Part shown: positions 26,685-34,897 of the stretch, piece after piece
Position numbering within the stretch: position 1 is the first letter of the stretch
Layout of the letters: each line of letters begins with the position of its first letter
IMG/VR virus record: IMGVR_UViG_3300011152_000015
Coordinates: 1 to 64,000 of that record
Length of the DNA: 64,000 nucleotides
Strand: one strand, 5' to 3'
From: a virus
Taxonomy: Duplodnaviria > Caudoviricetes
Position numbers and translations under genes: made by a program
The notes under the pieces: model-generated
The model's database searches: none
Told to the model about the DNA's origin: nothing
Seen by the model: the letters and a program-made list of their open reading frames with translations, nothing else

Positions 26685-27176
26685 TTACGCGACGTACCTC
26701 CCGCCGTGCACCCGCTGCATACGCGCCCGGCGGTCCAGCTCAGCCTGCACCAGTTCATGCAGCCGCTGGACCCGTGCGTCATACGTGCTAGTCGAATTGA
26801 TGCGCACCCGCCGCATCTGCTGCGCAACAGTCGGGATCGGGTCCGGCAGGTAGCGCACCATTGCCAACTTCACCAGCTGCGTCTCCAGGCAGTAAGGCGC
26901 CCGCCCCTTGTTGCCAGCCAGGCGCCAAGCCCTGGCCAACTTGCGGTCCTCACGCAGGCCGGCCTGCTTGATGCTGCCGATGGCTGCATCCACCTCCTCA
27001 GCCACACGATCCACCGCGCCCGCCAGCCCCATCGAACCGCGACCAGATGAGGGCACCATCCCGCCGTACTGCATCGCCACTGCCAGCGGCGTCGAACCGC
27101 CCTCGCCCGGGGCGCCCAGGCCACGCCGGCAACGCTCCCCCCAGTGCTGCATCAACGCTTCCACTGCCTCGATCAT
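26685..27176 (-). CDS. Probable late-gene regulator (Q-position antiterminator/activator)
   Basis: MIEAVEALMQHWG N-terminus, C-terminal HTH-like segment, located between replication and late genes. Confidence 0.6.
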   Translation of the reverse strand: MIEAVEALMQHWGERCRRGLGAPGEGGSTPLAVAMQYGGMVPSSGRGSMGLAGAVDRVAEEVDAAIGSIKQAGLREDRKLARAWRLAGNKGRAPYCLETQLVKLAMVRYLPDPIPTVAQQMRRVRINSTSTYDARVQRLHELVQAELDRRARMQRVHGGRYVA

Positions 27177-27198
27177 GGCCTCACCTCCCCTGCAAAAC

Positions 27199-27495
27199 GC
27201 AACCCAACACAAAAAGCCCAACCCAACACAAACCCAACACAGCCAAAAGCCTTATAAATCAATGCCTTCAAAGCACCTGTGTTGAGTGTGTTGGGTTTGT
27301 TGGGTTTTTCAGCCCTCGCATAGAGAAATTTCACGCCTCCGATCAAAGCGCCGTACAAAAACATTGCGCATGCGCGCGCGCGTGGCCAAACCCAACACAC
27401 CCCGCACACCGCCCGCAAAGCCCCGCCATTCGCGGCCTCGGCCTGTGCTGGGTTACGAAAACCAACCCGACACAACCCAACACAACCCAACACAC
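27199..27495. repeat. Cluster of direct and inverted CCCAACAC repeats; probable replication origin
   Basis: About a dozen exact or near copies of (AA)CCCAACAC / GTGTTGGG directly downstream of the primase-helicase. Confidence 0.75.
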
Positions 27496-27507
27496 ATTCA
27501 TGCGCAT

Positions 27508-30207
27508 TCATGCTGCAGCCGCCTTCAGGTGCTCCCACCTGTCCACGTCCCAGCCCGCCAACCGCGCCTTTCCACGCCACTCCGTCACATGCTGGCCGAG
27601 CGCAGCGGCTGCCAGAGATGGGGGCAGGGAAGAGTCCGGGTCACCGGGAAAGAAAAACGCCCCGAAGCGCCGCGTCGCGCCATCCGTCCAGGGGATCGAG
27701 CGCGTCTTCTCCACCTCCGCACTGATGAACAGACTGAACTTCGTCTGGCTCATCGCATGCTCACGGTTGCGCTGGCACCACTCCAGAAACATCGCATACA
27801 GGTCCGTTGACAGGCACGCGCCCCAAAGCCCCTGGCCAAGGTCACCCGTCTGCCACTGATGCAGGAACGTCTGCCACCCCGCCCTGCTCAAAGCCACCAG
27901 CCGCTGCCGCGCCTCGGTGCGCGGCGGGCGCGTGCGCTGGTTGAACTCGCCCAGGTCCAGCGACAGCAACCAGCCATACAGCGCCGCCACCCCATTGCCG
28001 GCCAACTCCGCGCCGATGGCCTTCTGCCGCGCCTCCGGCAGCGTCTCCTGCGGCCAGATCACCAGCATCCGCCGATCGCTGTCACTGATCGGCCACGGCA
28101 GAATCTCGTTCGAGAGGAACACCGCATTCATATGGTTGGCTTCCTCCCAACCATTGATGAACTTGCTCTCCATCCGCACCGTCTTGCCCGTGATCAGATG
28201 CTTGATCTTCCCCACCTGGTTGTAGCGCTGGTCCCGGCTTACAACCTCCTCGAACACAGCCCACAACTTGCGGCTCTGCCACGCGTTGAAGCTCGATTCC
28301 AGCTGCGTCTGCCCCACCGTCGCCGCATAAATGCCGAACAACTGGCCGAATGCATCGGCGAACAACAGGCTCTTGCCCGAGCCCTCCATGATCGAGTGGG
28401 CCAGCACCGCCGTGTCCATCTTCGCGCCCATGTGCTGCAACGGGTAAGCCAGCCACCTCGTCAGCCAGTCGCGCGCCTGCTCGTCGTGATTGCACAGGAA
28501 CGAGATCAACCACCGCAGGTTCTCGCACGCCGCATCATCTCGAATCGGCTCCAGCGGCAGCCCCTCGAACGTATTGATGTAAACAGCCGGGTCCTTCGTC
28601 ATCGCCGGGTCGAACACAATGTGGTCCACATCCACCGTGCGCCGCTCTGCCGAGTTCAGCCACAACGCATACGCATCGCCCAGCGCCATCTTCACCGCGC
28701 CCTCCGGGATGCGCCGCTTCTTCTCGCGGTCCCACACATCCTTCGTGCCGTCGATGTACACATAGCGGTCGATCGGCGTCATCCCCAGCGCCGTCGCCTT
28801 CTTGCCCGCCATGCGCCGCGCCTGCTCGATCTCGCGCACCGCATCGGCGCCGATCAGCTTCTTCTCCGCGTCATCCATCCAGGCCTTCGCCAGCGGCTTT
28901 GTCACCAGGGCCTCGAAGGCGGTCTTCTTCATCACCGTCTTCTTGTCCTGGTCCCAGACGTGCGTCGTACCCTCCACCAGCGCAAAGCGCCGCAGCACCT
29001 GCTCACCCGTCAGCCCCGCCCCCTGCCCCCCGTTTTCGGAGGAGCCGGCCGGCGCGGCGGCTTCGGTTTCGGATGGGGCCGGGGAAGGCTCACCAGCGGC
29101 CAGAGCAGCCTCCAGCTGCGCCGCCACGGCCTCGAGCCCGTCGCACGCATGCAAGTCATTCCAGTCCCCGCCCTGCTCGCCCTCAGGCAACAGCGGGAAG
29201 GCCGGCACACCGCCCACCTGCCCCGCCGCCGCCTCGGCCTTCGTCCTGCCCGGGTTGCCCGCCACGGTCGGGTCATCATCCCCGGCGATCACCAGCGGCA
29301 CGTCTGGGCACTGCGCCCGCAGCGCCGCAGCCACCGCCGGCACGTTGCCCGAATCGATCGCCACTGCCACCGGCCAACCCTTGGCCATATGCACACTGGC
29401 CGCCGTGGCATAACCCTCCGCCTCGGCAACGACATCGGCGCCGGCCAACTCGCCCAGCACATGAAAGCAACCCGCCTTGCGCCCGTACTTCGGGAACAGC
29501 TTCGTCCCCTGCTCGTTGATCGCCTGCAGGCTCCACAGCTTGCCCGCCGCATCGCGCAGCGGCACCGCAATGGTCCCGGCCTTGAACATCAGAAAGCTGA
29601 TCGAATCCGGCCGCGGCTTCGGCAGGTTCGCGAAGAATTCCCGCGTCTCGCTGCCCACCCACACATCGCAACGCTGCCGCGCATCGTCGATGGCCAGCAC
29701 AACCGTGTAATGAAAAAACCCAACACCAAAAGCCCCCACCTGCTTGCGCTCCAGGTAGGGGCTCACGCCTTGCGGCTTGCAATGCTTCTCCCAGATCAAC
29801 TGGCACGCGCTCGCAACCGCCTCACGCATCACCGCCAGCCGTGCCTCATCCGCCTCGATCTCCGCCTGGCGCACGGCGCGCCGGGCTTCCGCCTCGGCAT
29901 TCAACCGCCGCTTCTCCTCGGCCGTCATCGGCTCGCGGCGAGGCGTCCAGCCGTTATCCTTCGCCAGCTTGATCACCGTACCCATGCCGGTCCCGCGCTT
30001 GCGGCAGCTCTTCCACACGCTGCGCGCATCGGCGGCCTTATAGCCGTCACCGGTCTGGCTCCAGCCATCCCAGGCATCGAAACCCGCCTCGCCAAACTCG
30101 GCCTTCACGCCCATCGCCACCGCCAACCAGGTGTCGCGGTCGTCGGCGTGAATGAAGGTAAGCAGCTCGGCGAGGTCTGTAAGCGTCAGCGGGACTTGTT
30201 CAGACAT
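27508..30207 (-). CDS. Primase-helicase (PriCT-2-like, TOPRIM and SF3 helicase domains)
   Basis: DDRDTWLAVAMG..WDGWSQ; AEGYATAAS..IAGDDD; EGSGKS Walker A; FEEV. Confidence 0.92.
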   Translation of the reverse strand: MSEQVPLTLTDLAELLTFIHADDRDTWLAVAMGVKAEFGEAGFDAWDGWSQTGDGYKAADARSVWKSCRKRGTGMGTVIKLAKDNGWTPRREPMTAEEKRRLNAEAEARRAVRQAEIEADEARLAVMREAVASACQLIWEKHCKPQGVSPYLERKQVGAFGVGFFHYTVVLAIDDARQRCDVWVGSETREFFANLPKPRPDSISFLMFKAGTIAVPLRDAAGKLWSLQAINEQGTKLFPKYGRKAGCFHVLGELAGADVVAEAEGYATAASVHMAKGWPVAVAIDSGNVPAVAAALRAQCPDVPLVIAGDDDPTVAGNPGRTKAEAAAGQVGGVPAFPLLPEGEQGGDWNDLHACDGLEAVAAQLEAALAAGEPSPAPSETEAAAPAGSSENGGQGAGLTGEQVLRRFALVEGTTHVWDQDKKTVMKKTAFEALVTKPLAKAWMDDAEKKLIGADAVREIEQARRMAGKKATALGMTPIDRYVYIDGTKDVWDREKKRRIPEGAVKMALGDAYALWLNSAERRTVDVDHIVFDPAMTKDPAVYINTFEGLPLEPIRDDAACENLRWLISFLCNHDEQARDWLTRWLAYPLQHMGAKMDTAVLAHSIMEGSGKSLLFADAFGQLFGIYAATVGQTQLESSFNAWQSRKLWAVFEEVVSRDQRYNQVGKIKHLITGKTVRMESKFINGWEEANHMNAVFLSNEILPWPISDSDRRMLVIWPQETLPEARQKAIGAELAGNGVAALYGWLLSLDLGEFNQRTRPPRTEARQRLVALSRAGWQTFLHQWQTGDLGQGLWGACLSTDLYAMFLEWCQRNREHAMSQTKFSLFISAEVEKTRSIPWTDGATRRFGAFFFPGDPDSSLPPSLAAAALGQHVTEWRGKARLAGWDVDRWEHLKAAAA

Positions 30208-30940
30208 CGCCCGCCTCCACCCGCTTGAACTCGACGACCCAGACCCAAGGGTTAGCATCCCATGACTCAGCGCCGTTCATATCCGCCCAAAGGCGCTTAA
30301 ACCGGTCACGGGGCTGGTTCATCGCATTGAACAGCTCACGTTCGGCTCCGTCCCAAACATCAACATCACGGATGCCCTCAGGCCGCTCGACGCCCTCAGC
30401 AACTGCCTGATCCTCGCTGATGTCATGTAGGCGCTCGACGTGCACAGCGGTGATCTCCAGCAGGATGCGCGAGGCCCAGCGGGGCATGTGGATGCTGGGC
30501 TTCCAACGACACTGCATGTTGCCGTCCGGATCAGTGAATTCGCACGAATCACCGCTAGCACGATAGGAGCAATGCGCCGTGTTCTGGTAAGGCGACATGT
30601 CCTTCCACCAACTTGGGTCGGCTCGCATCTCGTCATCGTCGACAAGGGGGCCTTGCCACGCCTCCCGCACCCATAGCCGGTCGCCTGGCCGGCCATAAGG
30701 GCATGCTCCGAACTCGCCGAGCTCCATTGCGCACTCTTCCTCTGTCTCGCCAAACACGCAGAATCCATAGCGGGGATGACGCTGCCCGACCGCGCTCCAG
30801 CGATGGCGGGTTTCCCCTTTTGAGGGATCTTCCTTTGGAATCTGTAGGCCCTTTACTGGCCGCCGCGTCACCGTCTTACGGCCTTCAAGAATCGCGCGAA
30901 CCATGGCGCTATCGAACAGAATCGGACGCTCTTTAACCAC
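30200..30940 (-). CDS. ASCH/PUA-like phage protein
   Basis: KERPILF..MVRAILEGRKTVTRR, WKPSIHMPRWASRI, NPWVWVVEF. Confidence 0.85.
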   Translation of the reverse strand: MVKERPILFDSAMVRAILEGRKTVTRRPVKGLQIPKEDPSKGETRHRWSAVGQRHPRYGFCVFGETEEECAMELGEFGACPYGRPGDRLWVREAWQGPLVDDDEMRADPSWWKDMSPYQNTAHCSYRASGDSCEFTDPDGNMQCRWKPSIHMPRWASRILLEITAVHVERLHDISEDQAVAEGVERPEGIRDVDVWDGAERELFNAMNQPRDRFKRLWADMNGAESWDANPWVWVVEFKRVEAGDV

Positions 30941-31154
30941 GACGCACCCCCGCATCCAGTTTATCCAACAAGGTCTGGCAGTCGATGCACGTCTGGCAGC
31001 CCGGTGCTGCTTCGCGTCGAGCCTGCGGAATCTCTACGCCGCACTCCTCGCAATGCGTAGCACTCGGCCCGGTCGGCAGCTGCGCGCGGCGCGCCAAGGC
31101 CACCTCCAGCAGATACTCGGCCTGCTCATTGCCGCGGTCGATTACATCAGCCAT
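30933..31154 (-). CDS. TraR/DksA C4-type zinc finger protein
   Basis: MADVID, CEECG..IPQARR..PGCQTCIDCQ. Confidence 0.92.
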   Translation of the reverse strand: MADVIDRGNEQAEYLLEVALARRAQLPTGPSATHCEECGVEIPQARREAAPGCQTCIDCQTLLDKLDAGVRRG

Positions 31155-31650
31155 GGGTCACCTCCCCTTCTGCAACGGCCTCGAGCATCGCCAGCTCCGC
31201 CCCGGCCACGATGCCCAGCAGCTGAGCCACCACCTGGTTGGCGTGGTAGCGCAGCGCCTCCACCTCGTGGGGCAACCAACGGTCGTCGGCCACCCCCTCA
31301 TGCAGGCTCTGCACGAAGTCGCCCTTAGCGCGCATCACCTGGGCCAGCCCCTTCAACGCCTCGCGCGAGGCGCGAACCGGCACCGGCACATACGCCACCG
31401 CACCGGCCGGGCGCACCAAGGCCGCCAGCAGGCGCGGGTCCCGCGTGGCGGCCACGATCTCCTCCAGGAACTCAGGGTGGATGGGGCGGTTGTTGTTCGG
31501 GCTGACGCGCTTGTTCAGCTCGTCCGGGTCCATGCCGATGGTCAGCGCCACCGCATTCTGGCCCCCTGTTGCGTCGCGCGTGGCGCGGTACAGCGCCTGG
31601 CGGGTGTTCAGCACCGGGCCAGCGCCCGGTAATAGATCCTTGCGACTCAT
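31147..31650 (-). CDS. Phage regulatory CII-family protein
   Basis: GGQNAVALTIGM..LNKRVSPN HTH; located downstream of cro. Confidence 0.75.
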   Translation of the reverse strand: MSRKDLLPGAGPVLNTRQALYRATRDATGGQNAVALTIGMDPDELNKRVSPNNNRPIHPEFLEEIVAATRDPRLLAALVRPAGAVAYVPVPVRASREALKGLAQVMRAKGDFVQSLHEGVADDRWLPHEVEALRYHANQVVAQLLGIVAGAELAMLEAVAEGEVTHG

Positions 31651-31710
31651 AGCGTTAATGCCCCCTTAACGCTGTAGCCAACCGCAGGGCGATTGCCCTA
31701 CAGTTCGCTT

Positions 31711-31879
31711 ACAGCTCGCGACCCTCCCGATACGTGCTGTGTCCTCGGGTCGCGGGTTGAGGCGGTCGGGGTGGTACCCGACTACCGGACCGCAGGAACC
31801 AGGGCTGACGCTTTGGTGAGTGAACTGCCCTTGGTTCCTGCCTCTACACAAGCCTGCCGCCGTAGCGACAGGCTTTTTT
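31711..31879 (+). ncRNA. Candidate structured antisense/trans-acting sRNA
   Basis: TACAGT -10 at 31699-31704; stems 31712-24/31747-59, 31764-83 and 31792-805/31827-41; plus-strand terminator 31851-31879; loops complementary to repeated early-leader motifs. Confidence 0.7.
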
Positions 31880-31995
31880 GCTTCTGGGCTGCTTGCCCGG
31901 CGCCGGCCCGATGGCGCTGGTGAGGCTCTCGGGCCGGCTCCCGCCGTGATACTTGGTTGTTGCTGTGCTGTGTCCTGTCGGCGGGCTGTGATTCG

Positions 31996-32256
31996 TTATG
32001 CGCGGCGCTCGCCTTGTCGGCGTTCGTTCTGACGGCGATCCCCATCGCGTCGCTCAACGCGCGGATCCGCCGCAATACCGCCTTCCGCCAGCTCTTGTGC
32101 GTAAAGAGCCTCGATTGCCTTTCCAGTGGTGTATCGGATATCCGCGCCATTAAGCGCCCGATGAATCGTCGGCTGGGTGGTTCCCACCGCGTCGGCGATC
32201 GAGCCTTGCGAGTAGCCAAGTTCCACCAGTCGCTCAATCATCTTTTTGATTTTCAT
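31996..32256 (-). CDS. Cro-like HTH repressor with Arg-rich ERR/DRR tail
   Basis: SQGSIADAVGTTQPTIHR HTH; divergent from cI. Confidence 0.9.
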   Translation of the reverse strand: MKIKKMIERLVELGYSQGSIADAVGTTQPTIHRALNGADIRYTTGKAIEALYAQELAEGGIAADPRVERRDGDRRQNERRQGERRA

Positions 32257-32268
32257 CGCCTCTATACC

Positions 32269-32346
32269 TATGCGCATTCGCATTAAACTCGATAATACGC
32301 GGACGTATTAAATGAATCAATACACTTGCCTATACGTTTACGAATC
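32269..32346. promoter_or_regulatory. Three operators between cro and cI
   Basis: TATGCG-CATT-CGCATT (32269), AATACG-CGGA-CGTATT (32294), TATACG-TTTA-CGAATC (32331). Confidence 0.8.
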
Positions 32347-32356
32347 GGGCACGGAC

Positions 32357-33022
32357 ATGAACATAGGCAAGCGGCTTGCAGCCATGCTGGAGGAGCTCGA
32401 CTGGTCCGAAGGTGAGCTCAAGCGACGATCTGGCGTGCCGCAGCCCACCATCCATCGGATCATTACCGGCGAGTCTCAGGACCCCCGGCAAGGCAACGTT
32501 GAAAAGATCGCCAAGGCGCTTGGAGTAACTGCTCATTGGCTCCGCCATGGCGGCTCGAGGGACCAGAGCGTCAAGGAGGATATTGCGCTCTATGCTTCCA
32601 ACGTCGAGCCCGGCCCACCGATCACCAGCCCGTATCGCGCCATTAAGATCGTAGGCACAGCACAGATGGGCAACGAAGGCTACTGGTACGCCCTGGACGA
32701 GGCGGAAGGTTATATCGACGTACCGTCGCGTGATCCTGATGCCTACGCGCTACGGCTGAAGGGGCACAGCATGGCCCCAGCGATCAAAGATGGATGGCTG
32801 GCAGTAGTTGAGCCGAACAGCCCTCTGGTTCCGTTTGAGTACGTGATGATCCGCCTGCATGACGGCGAGTCCATGGTGAAAGAGCTTCTGCGCGCTACCG
32901 AAGATGAGGTGCTTGTAGGCTCCGTTAATAGCGAGTACGGGCGGCGCACGATTCCTACCGATCAGATCGAGCAGATCCACTATGTCGGCGGCATTGCTCC
33001 GCCCAGCAAGATTAGGCTTTGA
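32357..33022 (+). CDS. CI-like repressor (HTH plus S24 autopeptidase)
   Basis: ELKRRSGVPQPTIHRI; KGHSMAP serine; MVKEL lysine. Confidence 0.95.
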   Translation: MNIGKRLAAMLEELDWSEGELKRRSGVPQPTIHRIITGESQDPRQGNVEKIAKALGVTAHWLRHGGSRDQSVKEDIALYASNVEPGPPITSPYRAIKIVGTAQMGNEGYWYALDEAEGYIDVPSRDPDAYALRLKGHSMAPAIKDGWLAVVEPNSPLVPFEYVMIRLHDGESMVKELLRATEDEVLVGSVNSEYGRRTIPTDQIEQIHYVGGIAPPSKIRL

Positions 33023-33063
33023 TGTGGCGCGCCGGCGGCTAGTCCGCCTACTACGTTGGATGC

Positions 33064-33088
33064 AAGCCCCGCACCTAGCGGGGCTTTT
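33064..33088 (+). terminator. cI terminator
   Basis: AAGCCCCGC-N5-GCGGGGCTTTT. Confidence 0.8.
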
Positions 33089-33103
33089 GATAAGCGATAC
33101 GAC

Positions 33104-33121
33104 TGTAAGCCATCACCTACA
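33104..33121 (+). promoter_or_regulatory. GacA-box-like upstream activating sequence
   Basis: TGTAAG-CCATCA-CCTACA versus consensus TGTAAG-N6-CTTACA (one mismatch), ~60-75 nt upstream of the GGA-rich RNA. Confidence 0.75.
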
Positions 33122-33177
33122 GCTGGCGTCATGATCAAGCCGTATCCGGCTCCGATCATTTCGATCATAGTTCGCTC

Positions 33178-33294
33178 GCAATAGCGCAGGACGCGCCCCG
33201 GGCCTGGAGGGCCGATGGACCACCGCGTGGATCGCGGAGCTTGGAGCACCGGGACAACAGCATCAATTCAGCCCCGCCTCGTGCGGGGCTTTTT
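33178..33294 (+). ncRNA. RsmX/RsmY-like CsrA-sequestering sRNA
   Basis: Seven GGA in ~70 nt, three in hairpin loops (GCGC-AGGAC-GCGC, GGCC-TGGAG-GGCC, CCGCG-TGGAT-CGCGG); terminator 33270-33294; 5' end estimated. Confidence 0.8.
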
Positions 33295-33420
33295 ACACCC
33301 ACGATACCCATCCCCCGGCACGACTCGCTGATTGCTGATCAACCTGCTGCCCGCCATCGAACGCATTATTCAGGCTTAGCCATACGACCAAGGCGACTTG
33401 TTCTGTCGTGCATCCTTGCA

Positions 33421-33440
33421 TACTGTATGGACATACAGCA
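33421..33440. promoter_or_regulatory. LexA (SOS) box
   Basis: TACTGT-ATGGACAT-ACAGCA upstream of ORF 33455. Confidence 0.88.
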
Positions 33441-33454
33441 GTAAGGAGCTTCTA

Positions 33455-33715
33455 ATGCCTTGGACACAGGCTCGCGCCATCACCCACCAGAGACATATTT
33501 CCAGCTACAACCGCCTGCTCCGGCGGGTGAACCATCTAATCACCACGCCACGCGCCAGGGCTGAACGCCAGGCGAACCTAGCCCGCCATCCTGACGACCG
33601 GCCCGAAGATTGGGAGCGCCTCTTGGATGAGATTCAGCAAACCGAAGGCGTCTCGATGACGCTTCGGTCGGACGGCAGCATCCATGTCCGATGGTTATCA
33701 GTCGAAACTTGTTGA
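33455..33715 (+). CDS. DUF1654-like protein
   Basis: SSYNRLLRRVNHLI...DWERLLDEI...DGSIHVRW; AAGGAG RBS. Confidence 0.75.
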   Translation: MPWTQARAITHQRHISSYNRLLRRVNHLITTPRARAERQANLARHPDDRPEDWERLLDEIQQTEGVSMTLRSDGSIHVRWLSVETC

Positions 33716-33734
33716 GCCAGCCCAGACGTCCTTG

Positions 33735-33797
33735 AATTCGCAATCGAATAAAGTAATGCGCTGACGTATTGACTGGAATAATACGTTGACGTATTGT
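33735..33797 (+). promoter_or_regulatory. Early promoter with three operators
   Basis: AATTCG-N4-CGAATA (33735), AATGCG-N4-CGTATT (33755), AATACG-N4-CGTATT (33780); TTGACT-N17-TATTGT at 33769-33797. Confidence 0.8.
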
Positions 33798-33831
33798 CTG
33801 TCGCGTACCCACTCACCAAGGGAACGCGACA

Positions 33832-34038
33832 ATGGACACAGCACGTCACAACACCACCCGCTGCCCGGTGTTCCTGCACCCGGCAGCCGCAACAAACCCC
33901 CGCACCGTCGCAAGCATCCAGCAGGCCACCGGCCAACTGATCGTGCTCGCCGGGGGCCGCCCGCAGCTCAAGCGCAACACCCTGCCCGCCCTTGATGATT
34001 ACCAAGGCTTTGGGCCGTTTGACGGAGGTGCGGCATGA
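33832..34038 (+). CDS. Hypothetical protein, first early gene
   Basis: 68 aa, AAGGGA RBS, ATGA overlap with the next gene. Confidence 0.75.
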   Translation: MDTARHNTTRCPVFLHPAAATNPRTVASIQQATGQLIVLAGGRPQLKRNTLPALDDYQGFGPFDGGAA

Positions 34039-34613
34039 ACCATCTCCTCATCGGCCTGCACGGCCTCGCTCGCACCGGCAAGGACACAGCTGCCGCCTAC
34101 CTGACAGCTCAGTTCGCGCTGTACAGCTACGCCTTCGCCGACCCACTCAAGGCCGCCATCGCCCAGCTTTTCAACCTCACCCATGAACACATGGAAGGCA
34201 CGCTGAAAGAGGCCCTGCTGCCGGGAATCGGCAAGTCGCCTCGGCAACTGATGCAGCTGCTCGGCACCGAATGGGGCCGCCAGCAAGTACACCCTGAGCT
34301 CTGGCTGCTGCTGGCCCAGCAGAACATTGGCTACCAGCTGGAAGTCGACCAGAGCCACTACAACGGCGTGGTGATCCGCGACGTGCGCTTCGAGAACGAG
34401 GCCAAGTGGATTCGCCGCCAGGGCGGGCATGTGGTGCACATCCTGCGCCCGGATGCACAAGCCGTAGCACTGCATTCCAGTGAAAGCGGCATTGCCATCC
34501 ACGATAACGACTCCGTCGTGCACAACGAAGGCACCCTGGACGATCTCTATCGCCAGCTCGACCGCATCATGTGCGCCGCCGCATCCGCGCACCGCCATCG
34601 GTCGGTAGCCTGA
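34035..34613 (+). CDS. Deoxynucleoside monophosphate kinase
   Basis: LIGLHGLARTGKDT P-loop, FADPLK, RQLMQLLGTEWGR, DVRFENE. Confidence 0.9.
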   Translation: MNHLLIGLHGLARTGKDTAAAYLTAQFALYSYAFADPLKAAIAQLFNLTHEHMEGTLKEALLPGIGKSPRQLMQLLGTEWGRQQVHPELWLLLAQQNIGYQLEVDQSHYNGVVIRDVRFENEAKWIRRQGGHVVHILRPDAQAVALHSSESGIAIHDNDSVVHNEGTLDDLYRQLDRIMCAAASAHRHRSVA

Positions 34614-34624
34614 GGCTCGCCGCC

Positions 34625-34897
34625 ATGAACCGCGACCTGACCCAAGCCGCCGCCGTGCTCGGCCTCGGCCCGCGCAAGCTGCGCCGCCAGCTACGCGCGC
34701 TGGGCATCCTCGACCACGAGGGCAAGCTCGCCCCGGCCTACCGCGACAAGGGCAACCTGTACGTGGACACCCGCCAGCGCTGGAACGCATCCATCAGCAG
34801 CTGGACGAGCTACGGCGTGGTCATGAGCACTGAGCGCGGCATCGAGTGGCTGGCCAAGCAACTGGGCATCACCATCACCCGGAAGGACGTCGCATGA
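34625..34897 (+). CDS. Antirepressor KilAC-like DNA-binding protein
   Basis: LTQAAAVLGLGPRKLRRQLR...TERGIEWL. Confidence 0.65.
   Translation: MNRDLTQAAAVLGLGPRKLRRQLRALGILDHEGKLAPAYRDKGNLYVDTRQRWNASISSWTSYGVVMSTERGIEWLAKQLGITITRKDVA

Noticed and set aside
27173-27580. Cys/Gly/Val-rich ORF across the repeat cluster
   Set aside because: Its composition is explained by the GTGTTGGG repeats; treated as a non-coding origin, although short translation cannot be excluded
27859-30228. Long plus-strand ORF (789 aa) and similar ORFs such as 17901..19127, 13006..14154 and 11935..12927
   Set aside because: Antisense shadows of high-GC genes; low-information translations opposite recognisable proteins
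31666-32237. ORFs 31666..31851, 31693..31923 and 31782..32237
   Set aside because: No convincing RBS or protein-like features; strong stems and a terminator favour RNA structure, though a short leader peptide is not excluded
32980-33444. ORFs 32980..33249 (-) and 33241..33444 (+)
   Set aside because: They cross terminators, the GacA-like box and the GGA hairpins; the region is better explained as an sRNA locus
34081-34090. AGGACACAGC inside the dNMP kinase gene
   Set aside because: Partial match that encodes the conserved P-loop residues KDTA; probably a coding coincidence
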